Shown: in pieces, positions 36,754 to 45,412 of the stretch
Position numbering within the stretch: the stretch's first letter is position 1
Layout: every line of letters begins with the position of its first letter
Assembly (NCBI GenBank): GCA_964430565.1
Contig: CAYSFD010000016.1
Location: 14,902-78,901, forward strand
DNA: 64,000 bases
Direction of reading: 5' to 3'
Origin: an uncultured Enterobacteriaceae bacterium
GTDB lineage: Bacteria > Pseudomonadota > Gammaproteobacteria > Burkholderiales > SG8-39
Notes under the pieces: generated by a model
Seen by the model: only the letters and a program-made list of their open reading frames with translations
Databases searched by the model: none
What the model was told of the DNA's origin: nothing
Made by a program: the position numbers and the translations under genes

Positions 36754-38352
36754 TCACTTAAGTGGGCGTCCGGCGGCCCCGGGCTTGATGGTCTTGAACG
36801 AACTCGTGACGTGGCAGCGCTCGCACATGCGCCCGAATCCGCCGTTGTGGACGTCGCTCTCTTCGTGGCAGCTCACGCACGAGGTGGAAACGACCGCGCG
36901 GCCTCGAATCGGGAACTTGTGACAGGCGTGGCAATCCAGGCCTTTGTGCTTGCCGTCGAGAACGAATTTGGTACGCTTGTTGTGATCGAAATCCCACTGC
37001 TTCCAGCTGCGCGCGTTGTGGCACTCCTCGCACAGCGTCCCGAGCCGAAGCTTGTGCTTGTCGTCCTTGCGGTGGCACGAATAGCAATCGGTCTTGGCGT
37101 CCTTGTACTGCGGCGTCGCATGGCATTCCTTGCACTTCACGCTCGCGTGCTTGCCGAGCAGCGGAAAGCGGCTCAGGCCGTGATCGAAGCGCGTCCGACC
37201 CCAGCTTGCTTCGTTGTGGCAGGACTCGCACTTCGGTCCGAGCTGGTCCTTGTGCTTGTCGTCCTTCTTGTGGCAGGAGACGCAGGTCGTGCCGAGCTTC
37301 TCCTTGTATAGAATTCCGGCGTGGCAGGTTGCGCATTTCGCCTCCGCGTGCTTGCCCCTGAGCGGGTAGCGCGTGTCGCGGCTGTGGTCGAAAGTCGTGC
37401 TCTTCCAATCTTTCTCGATATGGCAGCTCTCGCATTTCTCCCCGAAGCGGCCCTTGTGACCGTTTTTCTGGTCGTCGCCCTTGTGGCAGGCAATGCACGA
37501 CGTTGCAAACTTCTCCTGATACAGGATCCCCGTGTGGCACGACTGGCACTTGGCGAACTGGTGTTTTCCCTTGAGCGGGTAGCGCGTGTCGCGATCGTGG
37601 TTAAATTTCGCGGTCGTCTTCCAGTTCCTGTCGTCGTGGCAGGTCTCGCACTTCCTGCCGAACTTGCCCTTGTGCCCTTTCGCCTGATCGTTTTTTTGAT
37701 GGCACTCGACGCAGGCGAGCGGCGCGCCTTTGAAGTCCTTCGACTTGTGGCATGCATCGCAGGCCACGTCCGCGTGGCCGTTCCGGAGCGGAAAGCGCGT
37801 CTTGCCGTGGTCGAAGCGGGTCTTCTTCCAGTCGACCTCGCCGTGGCAGTCGGCACAGGCCTTGCCGAGCTTGCCCTTGTGCTTGTCGTCCTTCTGGTGG
37901 CAACTGTAGCAGTCCGACGGCGCCGCGCGGTATTTCTTGTTCGGCACGTGGCAGGCGCGACACTCGATATCCCTCGAAGCATGGGCGCCCTTCAAGGCGA
38001 AGTCCGTCTTCTGATGATCGAAGCTGCGAGGGTTCAGCGGGGAAATGTCCGCGCCGCGGCCCTTGTGATCCGTATGGCAAGTGCGGCACTCCTTCTCCGT
38101 CAGGTGCCCGTGGAGGCCACGCCGCCCGGAAATGTCCCGCGCGACGTCCTTGTGGCAATCAGCGCAAAGCCCCGTTTGTGCCGCGCGGTTGAAGCGCACG
38201 TGGCAGTTCTTGCATTCGCTTTCGAGCTTCGCATGCCCCTGGATGACCTGGCCGGGCATGATTGCGGTCTCAAGACTCTGCGCGAACGCGCCCGGAGCGA
38301 ACAGGCCCGGGAGCACGACGCAGGCGGCGGCGATCCGTCGTCCCGGCATCAC
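36754..38352 (-). CDS. multihaem c-type cytochrome with 21 CXXCH motifs (seven c7-like trihaem modules)
   Basis: Signal peptide MMPGRRIAAACVVLPGLFAPGAFAQ. I counted 21 CXXCH motifs in 532 aa. Recurrent module: C..CH(K)(K)DDKHKG.(L/F)G..C..CH....W....FDH..T.(F/Y)PL.G.H....C..CH. Confidence 0.9.
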   Translation of the reverse strand: MMPGRRIAAACVVLPGLFAPGAFAQSLETAIMPGQVIQGHAKLESECKNCHVRFNRAAQTGLCADCHKDVARDISGRRGLHGHLTEKECRTCHTDHKGRGADISPLNPRSFDHQKTDFALKGAHASRDIECRACHVPNKKYRAAPSDCYSCHQKDDKHKGKLGKACADCHGEVDWKKTRFDHGKTRFPLRNGHADVACDACHKSKDFKGAPLACVECHQKNDQAKGHKGKFGRKCETCHDDRNWKTTAKFNHDRDTRYPLKGKHQFAKCQSCHTGILYQEKFATSCIACHKGDDQKNGHKGRFGEKCESCHIEKDWKSTTFDHSRDTRYPLRGKHAEAKCATCHAGILYKEKLGTTCVSCHKKDDKHKDQLGPKCESCHNEASWGRTRFDHGLSRFPLLGKHASVKCKECHATPQYKDAKTDCYSCHRKDDKHKLRLGTLCEECHNARSWKQWDFDHNKRTKFVLDGKHKGLDCHACHKFPIRGRAVVSTSCVSCHEESDVHNGGFGRMCERCHVTSSFKTIKPGAAGRPLK

Positions 38353-38357
38353 GACGA

Positions 38358-39332
38358 TCAGTACATGTGCACCGCGACGACATGGACGATCGCGCTCAAC
38401 ACGAGCATGTAGACGAACGGTACGTGCAGGACGTGCCAGAGCGAGAACAGGCGCTCGTAGGCCCGGAACTGGGCGACGTCCTGCAGTTCGCGGAGATATC
38501 CCTTGAGCAAGTGCCGCGCGACCTGAAGACGACGAGACCGCTCCTGCGGCTCCCAGCCACGCTCAACGGCGACCTTGACGAGAATGCGCCGGACGTCGCG
38601 CATACTCCGCCAGTACACCCAGCGCACCCGCAGGGCGACGGCGAGGAACCGCCGCAGGCCGAGAAATCCCGGCCGCGTCTCGTCCGTGGCATAGGCCTCG
38701 AGAACCTTGAGGCGCTCCTCGACCCGGGGCGCGAAATGAAATTTCGATTTCACCGACTCGCCGGAGAACCCGAGGCGCGCCTGAGCCTCCCTCAGCGTGG
38801 CCTGACGGCCGTAGAGGCCGTGGTGGATCTTGGTGTAGATGAAGCGGCCGAAAATGCCGCTACCCGCCACTATGAGCATGCTGTAGAAGGCAACCGCGGC
38901 GTTGAGCGAGCCGAGCTTGAGCGTGGAGTGATAAATCACCAGCACCGGCCCGGCGATCCCGAGAAACATGTGCAGCTTGAACCAGTGGCGCAGCTCACCG
39001 CCCTTCTGCAGGATGCGAAAACGCTTGCGCAGCGGGTACAGCAGCAGCAAGGCCATGAAGATCGAGCCGACCAGGCCCATGTAATACCCGAGATCGGAAC
39101 CCGGGGTGTAGAACCCAGTCCGGCCCGCACCCCAGGCCCCCGCGGCCAGAACGAGCGCGACCAGCAGGATGGACGTGGCCGAGAGCGGGCGCGCGGCGTC
39201 GTTTCGCTCCGCCCCTGACGATGGCCGCAGCGCCGTTCGGCGCTCGATGCTGAATGCTGGGTCTGCGGGGGAAGACAAGTTGTCCCTTCCTTCGGTCGGA
39301 CGAGTTGCGGAGATCTGCTGCTTCGACGACAT
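38358..39332 (-). CDS. integral membrane protein with two H-x13-H pairs (candidate di-haem b / ferric-reductase-like transmembrane module)
   Basis: I take Met 57 (39332) of ORF 38358..39500, because 39500 would abut the divergent gene. About 5 TM helices, including KLHMFLGIAGPVLVIYH and LHVPFVYMLVLSAIVH. The stop lies 5 nt before the 21-haem gene. Confidence 0.6.
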   Translation of the reverse strand: MSSKQQISATRPTEGRDNLSSPADPAFSIERRTALRPSSGAERNDAARPLSATSILLVALVLAAGAWGAGRTGFYTPGSDLGYYMGLVGSIFMALLLLYPLRKRFRILQKGGELRHWFKLHMFLGIAGPVLVIYHSTLKLGSLNAAVAFYSMLIVAGSGIFGRFIYTKIHHGLYGRQATLREAQARLGFSGESVKSKFHFAPRVEERLKVLEAYATDETRPGFLGLRRFLAVALRVRWVYWRSMRDVRRILVKVAVERGWEPQERSRRLQVARHLLKGYLRELQDVAQFRAYERLFSLWHVLHVPFVYMLVLSAIVHVVAVHMY

Positions 39333-39499
39333 TGTCGTTGGTTCGACATCTAGGCCACTGTGATAATATTCCACTTCGCAGCAGTAATCGTGCGCGGCGT
39401 GAGAAATTCCCGGAATGAAACTCCGAGCGCGGTGTAGGGTTCGCCCGACAGCTTCACCGAACGCAGACCTCTCGGCAGAGACTACGCTCTCTGTCTCCA
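39333..39499. promoter_or_regulatory. divergent intergenic region (promoters of the cytochrome operon and the Fe-S flavoprotein gene expected here)
   Basis: 167-nt gap between divergent starts. It contains the only AT-rich patch locally (tgtgataatattccact). No consensus operator could be assigned. Confidence 0.3.
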
Positions 39500-40810
39500 A
39501 TGCCCGACACTCTCAGCTCCTCTACCGCTTTGCTGCTTTACGGCCTGCCGTTCGTGATCGTGCTCGCGTGGTACGTGACGCGGCGGCGCAGGAGTGAGCG
39601 TGAAAGCGCCGCCCGTCTGACGCACGCGATCGAGGTAGGCTTTAACGAGCCCGCGTCGCTGCATCCGGTCATCGATCCCAACCGCTGCTTGAGCTCGATG
39701 GCCTGCGTCGCGGCCTGCCCCGAGCAAGCGATCGGCATCATCAACGGCAAGGCGCAACTCGTGAACGCGGCCGCGTGCATTGGTCACGGCGCCTGCAGAA
39801 CAGCGTGCCCGCATGACGCGATCCAGCTCGTGTTCGGCACCTCCATGCGGGGAATGGACATCCCGCTGGTCAAGCCGAATTTCGAGACCAACGTGCCGGG
39901 CATATTCATCGCCGGAGAGCTCGGCGGCATGGGACTCATACGCAAGGCTGTCGAACAGGGCCGCCAGGCGATGGACTCAATCGCGAAGCTCAAAGGAAGC
40001 GCCTTTCCGTACGACGTGCTGATCATCGGCGCCGGCCCGGCCGGGATTTCAGCATCGCTCGCCTCGAAGGAGAAGAATCTCAAATCCGTAACGATCGAAC
40101 AGGAAGATTCCTTCGGCGGGACCGTCTACCACTATCCGCGCAATAAGGTCGTCATGACCGCGCCGGTGCAGCTGCCGATCGTGGGCAAGATGAAGTTCGG
40201 CGAAGTGAGCAAGGAAACGCTGCTCGAATTCTGGACGGGCGTGGTCAAACGGACCGGCCTGAAGGTGAATTTTTTCGAGCGCATGGAAACCGTGAAGCCC
40301 GAGGGCAAGGGCTTCGTCGTCAGGACCTCAAGGCAGGAGTACAGGACGCGCTCGATCCTGCTCGCGATGGGACGGCGCGGCACGCCGCGCAAGCTCGGGG
40401 TAAAGGGGGAGGAACAACCCAAAGTCGTCTATCGCCTGATCGACCCCGAACAATACCGCGGGCAGCATGTGCTCGTCGTGGGCGGGGGCGATTCGGCGCT
40501 CGAAGCGGCGATCGCCTGCGCCAAAGAACCCGGTACCATGGTCACGCTCTCGTACCGCAGCGAAGCATTCTCGCGCGTGAAGCAGAAGAACCGCGAAAGC
40601 GTGCAACAGGCCGAGGCGACCCGCAAGCTGAAGGTGCTGCTGTCGTCGAACATCGAGGAGATAGGCGTGGACACTATCGCGCTCGACCAGGGCGGAAAGA
40701 AGATCAGGCTCAAGAACGATGCCGTGATCGTCTGCGCCGGGGGCATTCTCCCGACGCCGTTTCTCAAGGAAATCGGCGTTCAGGTCGATACCATGTACGG
40801 CGCCGCGTAG
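39500..40810 (+). CDS. membrane-anchored ferredoxin-domain + FAD/NAD(P)H-dependent (thioredoxin-reductase/YpdA-like) oxidoreductase
   Basis: N-terminal TM (ALLLYGLPFVIVLAWYV) followed by RRRRS. Two ferredoxin-like motifs: CLSSMACVAACP and CIGHGACRTACP. FAD fold DVLIIGAGPAGISASL. NAD(P)H fold HVLVVGGGDSALEAA. Confidence 0.8.
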   Translation: MPDTLSSSTALLLYGLPFVIVLAWYVTRRRRSERESAARLTHAIEVGFNEPASLHPVIDPNRCLSSMACVAACPEQAIGIINGKAQLVNAAACIGHGACRTACPHDAIQLVFGTSMRGMDIPLVKPNFETNVPGIFIAGELGGMGLIRKAVEQGRQAMDSIAKLKGSAFPYDVLIIGAGPAGISASLASKEKNLKSVTIEQEDSFGGTVYHYPRNKVVMTAPVQLPIVGKMKFGEVSKETLLEFWTGVVKRTGLKVNFFERMETVKPEGKGFVVRTSRQEYRTRSILLAMGRRGTPRKLGVKGEEQPKVVYRLIDPEQYRGQHVLVVGGGDSALEAAIACAKEPGTMVTLSYRSEAFSRVKQKNRESVQQAEATRKLKVLLSSNIEEIGVDTIALDQGGKKIRLKNDAVIVCAGGILPTPFLKEIGVQVDTMYGAA

Positions 40811-40864
40811 TACTGCGTACGTCGGAGAGGGAAACCCCCTGTTAAGGGACGACCCTAGGGCGGG

Positions 40865-40975
40865 CTACACCGCCGGCCGTTTGGAGAGCCCGCCGTCGAT
40901 GGTGACAATGGTGCCGCTCGTGTAGGAACTCAGGTCGGCGCGAACGCGCCCCAGGACATGTTCCGAATTCGCATG
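40865..40975 (-). pseudogene. 3' remnant of a short-chain dehydrogenase/reductase gene
   Basis: Own translation: ...HANSEHVLGRVRADLSSYTSGTIVTIDGGLSKRPAV*. This resembles the SDR C-terminus (..aSd.ssy.tG..i.vDGG). No upstream body or start codon exists. Confidence 0.4.
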
Positions 40976-41014
40976 GCCCGATTCTATCCGCTCGGCGGCA
41001 GAGCGGTGTGCCGC

Positions 41015-41043
41015 GCGTCAGCTCCCGTCCTTCTCCACCCGGC
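41015..41043. repeat. 29-bp duplicate (part A) of the 3' end of the molybdoenzyme gene at 48651..48679
   Basis: gcgtcagctcccgtccttctccacccggc is identical at 41015-41043 and 48651-48679, in the same orientation. Confidence 0.85.
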
Positions 41044-41090
41044 CCGCGCTATGCCAATCGTATCGGTGCGGCGCAGCCGCTTCCTCCGCC

Positions 41091-41894
41091 CTATTTCCGA
41101 ACCAGTTTCTGCCCTTCCGCGGAAAGCAGGAAATCGATCAGTTTTTGCACGTCCGCACTGGGCTTGCCGATCGTGACAACACCCCACGGCCGCGAACCCG
41201 ATGGCCCGCTTACGCCTTTGATGTTGGCTCCGGGCGAGTCTATGTATCGATCGCTGATAAACCCTATTGCGCCCGGGTCGTGTGAAACCCGCTTCACTTC
41301 TTCGGCGGTGGTGCGGACTTCAGTCACCCCCGCCGAAAACGCTTGCCCATCCAGCACCTGCCGCTCGACGACCAGCCGGGTAGCCGTAGTAGGCGTGCCG
41401 GTAATTACTTTCAGGGGCAAATCCGGGCCGCCCAACTGTTTCCAGTTGGCGATCCTGCTCGCCGCGATATCTTTGAATTGTTGTCTGCTGATGGCTGTAA
41501 CCGGGTTTTGCTTGTTTACGACGATTACCAGCTTGTCGGTGCCGAACTGTTTGTAGGACAAGTTCTTGGGAATCGAGAGGGTGGTGCGTTGCTCCTTAGC
41601 AACCGCGTGCGCCTGCTTTATTGCCTCGTCCAGCGTGTCAAGCGCGAAGGCAGCCTGGGCCTTGCCTTCGATGAGCAGGTAAATGCCCAAGCCGGTGGTT
41701 GGCCCCGCATACTTGATGTTAAGTCCGGTCCTGTCCTTGAATGTCCTCGCGTTGGGTTCCAGAACTTCCTTATAGAACGTCAGGCCGCCCGCGACTTCCA
41801 GGGTCTGTGCGCGTGCCGAGGCAGCCGCAAGAAAAGCGATGGCAACACTCGACGCGATGGCGCCGATGATGGCCCTCGTGCTCATGATCTTCAT
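41091..41894 (-). CDS. periplasmic binding protein, PstS/PBP-like-2 family
   Basis: Signal peptide. The segment [45 protein letters not shown] is typical of phosphate-type PBP-like-2 proteins. Its ATG overlaps the stop of the chemoreceptor gene (ATGA). Confidence 0.65.
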   Translation of the reverse strand: MKIMSTRAIIGAIASSVAIAFLAAASARAQTLEVAGGLTFYKEVLEPNARTFKDRTGLNIKYAGPTTGLGIYLLIEGKAQAAFALDTLDEAIKQAHAVAKEQRTTLSIPKNLSYKQFGTDKLVIVVNKQNPVTAISRQQFKDIAASRIANWKQLGGPDLPLKVITGTPTTATRLVVERQVLDGQAFSAGVTEVRTTAEEVKRVSHDPGAIGFISDRYIDSPGANIKGVSGPSGSRPWGVVTIGKPSADVQKLIDFLLSAEGQKLVRK

Positions 41895-43624
41895 TCGTTG
41901 GTCTCCGTTATGGGTTGGCCGATTCCATGGCTGGGGGCCTCCCCCGCGGCATTGCGTAGCGCAATGCCGCGGCTGGCCTGCACGAGTCTGGCGGTGGGGA
42001 ACGCCTCGGGCGGCGGCGCACGTTGCGCGCGGCGCGTGTGTTCGTAAACGGAAGATTGCACAGGCGCCGCACCGCTCAACTTGAACACGCTCACTGACTG
42101 AACCAATTCCTGTGCATTCGCCTGCATCAATTCTGCCGCAGCGGCGGCCTGTACGACTATGGCGGCGTTTTGCTGCACCACCTGATCCATCTGGCTAATC
42201 GCCATGTTTACCTGCCCGATGCCGCTGGCCTGTTCGCGCGAGGCGGTACTGATCTGGTCGATGTTCGCGGTGACCTTCTCCACCGAGGCGACGATTTCGC
42301 TCATGGTCTTGCCGGCTTCTTCGACCTGTTGCGTGCCGGTTTCCACCTTTTCCACGGAGTCGCCGATCAGCGTCTTGATTTCCTTGGCGGCACCCGCCGA
42401 GCGTTGCGCGAGTGAACGCACTTCGGCGGCCACTACCGCGAAGCCGCGACCCTGCTCGCCGGCGCGCGCGGCTTCGACCGCTGCGTTGAGCGCCAGAATA
42501 TTGGTCTGAAACGCAATACCGTCGATGACGCCGATGATGTCGCCGATTTTCCTGGAGCTCTCCCGAATCTCGTTCATGGTGGCGACAACGGCGCTCACCA
42601 CTTCACCGCCGCGTGCGGCAACCTGATTCGCCTGTTTGGCCAGCACGTTGGCGTTCCCCGCGCTCTGGGTATTCTCTTGCACGGTGGAAGTCAGTTCCTC
42701 CATGCTGGCGGCGGTCTCTTCGAGGGTCGATGCTTGTTCCTCGGTACGGCTCGAGAGCTCATTGTTGCCGGATGCGACTTCCCCGGCGGCGTTGTGTATC
42801 GATTCCGCACTAAGTCGAATGCCACTCACCATGCGCGTGAGATTCTCGTTCATGGCTTTCAGCGCGCCCAAGAGCTTACCAAACTCGTCGTCGGACCTGA
42901 CTTCGATAGTCGCGGTTAGATCGCCGGCGGCCACCTGATTGGCGAATGCCAGCCCCGCGTTCAGCGGGCCTGTGATGGAACGGGTGATCCAGATCGACGC
43001 CAGAATCCCGATGATGAGCGCGAAGACAGTTCCGACGGCGATAGCTCTTACGCTCGCGGCGCTCGTATTGGATACCGCCTGCGCCGTCCCCACGACCTGC
43101 CGAACCACTCCCTCCTGGAGTCTGTCCAGCTTTTCCGAAATCGCAATCTGCACGGGTCTGAGGTCGTTATAGACCACCCATGAGGCCTCATCGTACTGCG
43201 CTAAGTTGATGAGATTGAGTGCCCGCGTGATTACCTCGTTGGTCTTTCCTTTGCTTGCGATGACTTCGTCTATTCCTAGGACGCCGCTTTCGCCGCCCAT
43301 GGCCGTCCTCTGGCGCAGAGACTCGATGGAGCGGTCGATGACCTTGCTCTGCTCGACCAACGCGGCTATCGACTGCTTCTGCACCGCCAGGTCGCTGTGA
43401 CCCGCGATGTCCCTTACCAGAACGGACACCTTGAGATGGGCCCTTTGCAGGGCTTCCATCTCGAACACCAGCGGAAGGTACGTATTTGCCATGCGATCGC
43501 TGGCATCCCGATTTTGCGAGAGCGCAAACCACGAAGCGCCCGCCACGGCCACCAGCAGGGTCAGCACCAGCCCGAAACTGGCGGCGAGGCGCTTGCCTGT
43601 CGAATCGAGAAATCTGTCGCTCAT
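41891..43624 (-). CDS. methyl-accepting chemotaxis protein (4HB-type sensor, HAMP, MA domain)
   Basis: Met 28 of ORF 41891..43705. Two TMs and a HAMP domain. Highly conserved signalling hairpin [41 protein letters not shown]. Confidence 0.9.
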   Translation of the reverse strand: MSDRFLDSTGKRLAASFGLVLTLLVAVAGASWFALSQNRDASDRMANTYLPLVFEMEALQRAHLKVSVLVRDIAGHSDLAVQKQSIAALVEQSKVIDRSIESLRQRTAMGGESGVLGIDEVIASKGKTNEVITRALNLINLAQYDEASWVVYNDLRPVQIAISEKLDRLQEGVVRQVVGTAQAVSNTSAASVRAIAVGTVFALIIGILASIWITRSITGPLNAGLAFANQVAAGDLTATIEVRSDDEFGKLLGALKAMNENLTRMVSGIRLSAESIHNAAGEVASGNNELSSRTEEQASTLEETAASMEELTSTVQENTQSAGNANVLAKQANQVAARGGEVVSAVVATMNEIRESSRKIGDIIGVIDGIAFQTNILALNAAVEAARAGEQGRGFAVVAAEVRSLAQRSAGAAKEIKTLIGDSVEKVETGTQQVEEAGKTMSEIVASVEKVTANIDQISTASREQASGIGQVNMAISQMDQVVQQNAAIVVQAAAAAELMQANAQELVQSVSVFKLSGAAPVQSSVYEHTRRAQRAPPPEAFPTARLVQASRGIALRNAAGEAPSHGIGQPITETNE

Positions 43625-43723
43625 TACGCCACCGCCTTTCGTCCTTCTTTCGACATGAGGAAGGCTATGAACGCCCCGCGCCGATGACACCGCAACTGGA
43701 AGCAAGGGCGCGGCATGCTGCGC

Positions 43724-45382
43724 CTACTTCTGACTGGCGGGGTGCTTATGGAACCGACGCCTAGAGATCTCCTCGTCGCAGTAGATTGGGGGCGTCTCGC
43801 TGTGGTAACGAGTGACCCTTTCGAAAGCCGCGGCGATTCTGAAGAGCAAACGTTCTTCAAAGTCGTTCGCCACGATTTGCAGGCCAATGGGCATTCCAGT
43901 CGAGCTGAAGCCGCAAGGAATGGAGATGGCTGGGAACCCCGTGTAACTAATCGGTACTGTGAATTGGCGGACACCGGCATCGCCTTCGGCGTTGACAGTA
44001 ACCGGAGGGGCAACAAAGGGGTGCGTCGGTGTTATGAATGCATCGACGCTACGGAAGACTTCTCTGATCTCGCTGATTTCGGCCGGCCGCCGGCTGATGG
44101 CCGCTTCATAGGCTGCCGGCGAGATCAGCTCGCCCTGTGCGATATTGGCCTGGACCACCGGCCCAAACAGGGTCTTGTCCGGCTCGGCACGGTAGGTGTC
44201 ACCCAGGATCTGGTTGAACTCATATAGCAGGATCGTCAGGGGATAGCGGAAATCAATTGGCCCGCTCAGCAGAGGGATCCGTACGGTGTGAATCCGCGCA
44301 CCGCGCTCCTCCAATACCCGACTGGCGTTAAACACCGCCAGGGCGACTTCCGGATCAACATTGCGGAACGTAAAGTCCTCGACAATCCCGACACGCAAGC
44401 CCTCGACACCCCGATGCAAATCGGCCGTAAAGTCGTCGTGAGGGGAGGGCTTGGCATATGGATCGAGTGGATCGTAGCCGCCAATGGCATTCAACAGAGT
44501 GGCGGCATCGGCGACCGTATGTGCCAGCGGTCCCACGGTATCAAGACTGTAGGCGCGCGGAAACGTACCGCGTACGCTCACACGCCCGTAGGAGGGTCGG
44601 ACGCCCACAAGACCCAGCCAGCTGGCAGGCCCACGGACGGAAACGCCAGTGTCCGTTCCCAAACCGCCCAGACACAGACCAGAGCTGATCGCCACCCCGG
44701 TACCGCTCGACGAGCCTCCCGGCCACCGCCCAAGATCCCAGGGGTTATGGGCATTTCCATAGAACTGGTTGAACCCGGCCACCCCTGCCGCAAACTCGTT
44801 CATATTGGCTTTGCCGAGCATGACCGCGCCAGCCGCGTGCAACTTGCGGACCGCCTCGGCATCGGTTGTGGCCACGCGCGAGCTGTAGAATTTCGAACCC
44901 ATGGTGGTCGGTATGCCCGCCGTATCGAAATTGTCCTTGTAGACGATCGGGATGCCATGCAAGGGGCCCCTTACGCGACCAGCCTGCAATTCCCGGTCCA
45001 AGACAGCCGCCGTTGCTAGGGCGTGAGCCTCCGTAATCGTGATGAACGGATTCAGGATAGGTTCAAGCTCTCGGGCGCATTGCAGATAGGTCGTGATGAG
45101 TTCTGTGACGCTCACCCGTCCAGTACGCAGGAGTCTTGCAGCCTCTGTGATGGTTCTGGGTAGGTGAAAACGACCGGCATGCGCGGCAGCCTGACGGCTA
45201 AGCGCGAAGGGAGACGCCAGCAATGCGGCTCCCGCCGACATCCCTCGTAAAATGTCGCGGCGCCGTAGCGTCCTGGGCTGACCTTGCCGTTGACTGCTAT
45301 GCCCTCTCTTTACCAACAGCGACCTCCTGTGTAGGTGAACCCCATTGCTCTCATGCGCCACGCAGCCGCGACGCAGCGTCAC
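43724..45382 (-). CDS. amidase (amidase-signature family), probable Tat-exported
   Basis: RRRDILRGMSAGAALLASPFA is a Tat-like signal. AS signature: GKANMNEFA...GGSSSGTGVAISSGLCLGGLGTDTGVSVRGPAS. Start uncertain (ATG at 45382, or an internal TTG about 20 codons downstream). Confidence 0.8.
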   Translation of the reverse strand: MTLRRGCVAHESNGVHLHRRSLLVKRGHSSQRQGQPRTLRRRDILRGMSAGAALLASPFALSRQAAAHAGRFHLPRTITEAARLLRTGRVSVTELITTYLQCARELEPILNPFITITEAHALATAAVLDRELQAGRVRGPLHGIPIVYKDNFDTAGIPTTMGSKFYSSRVATTDAEAVRKLHAAGAVMLGKANMNEFAAGVAGFNQFYGNAHNPWDLGRWPGGSSSGTGVAISSGLCLGGLGTDTGVSVRGPASWLGLVGVRPSYGRVSVRGTFPRAYSLDTVGPLAHTVADAATLLNAIGGYDPLDPYAKPSPHDDFTADLHRGVEGLRVGIVEDFTFRNVDPEVALAVFNASRVLEERGARIHTVRIPLLSGPIDFRYPLTILLYEFNQILGDTYRAEPDKTLFGPVVQANIAQGELISPAAYEAAISRRPAEISEIREVFRSVDAFITPTHPFVAPPVTVNAEGDAGVRQFTVPISYTGFPAISIPCGFSSTGMPIGLQIVANDFEERLLFRIAAAFERVTRYHSETPPIYCDEEISRRRFHKHPASQK

Positions 45383-45412
45383 ACATTGTGACCGGATCGA
45401 CCTACCCAGTAA

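Noticed and set aside
39360-39385. Fur-box or CRP/FNR-like operator in the divergent cytochrome promoter region (tgtgataatattccact)
   Set aside because: Only one GATAAT hexamer is present. The TGTGA-N6-TCCAC half-sites mismatch the CRP consensus at three of five positions. That is too weak to call without a matrix search.
40811-41090. Possible tRNA or integrase attachment site at the left edge of the insertion
   Set aside because: I could not fold any cloverleaf-like segment here. No tRNA, integrase or transposase ORF is present anywhere in the window. Only the SDR remnant and the 29-bp duplicate are supported.
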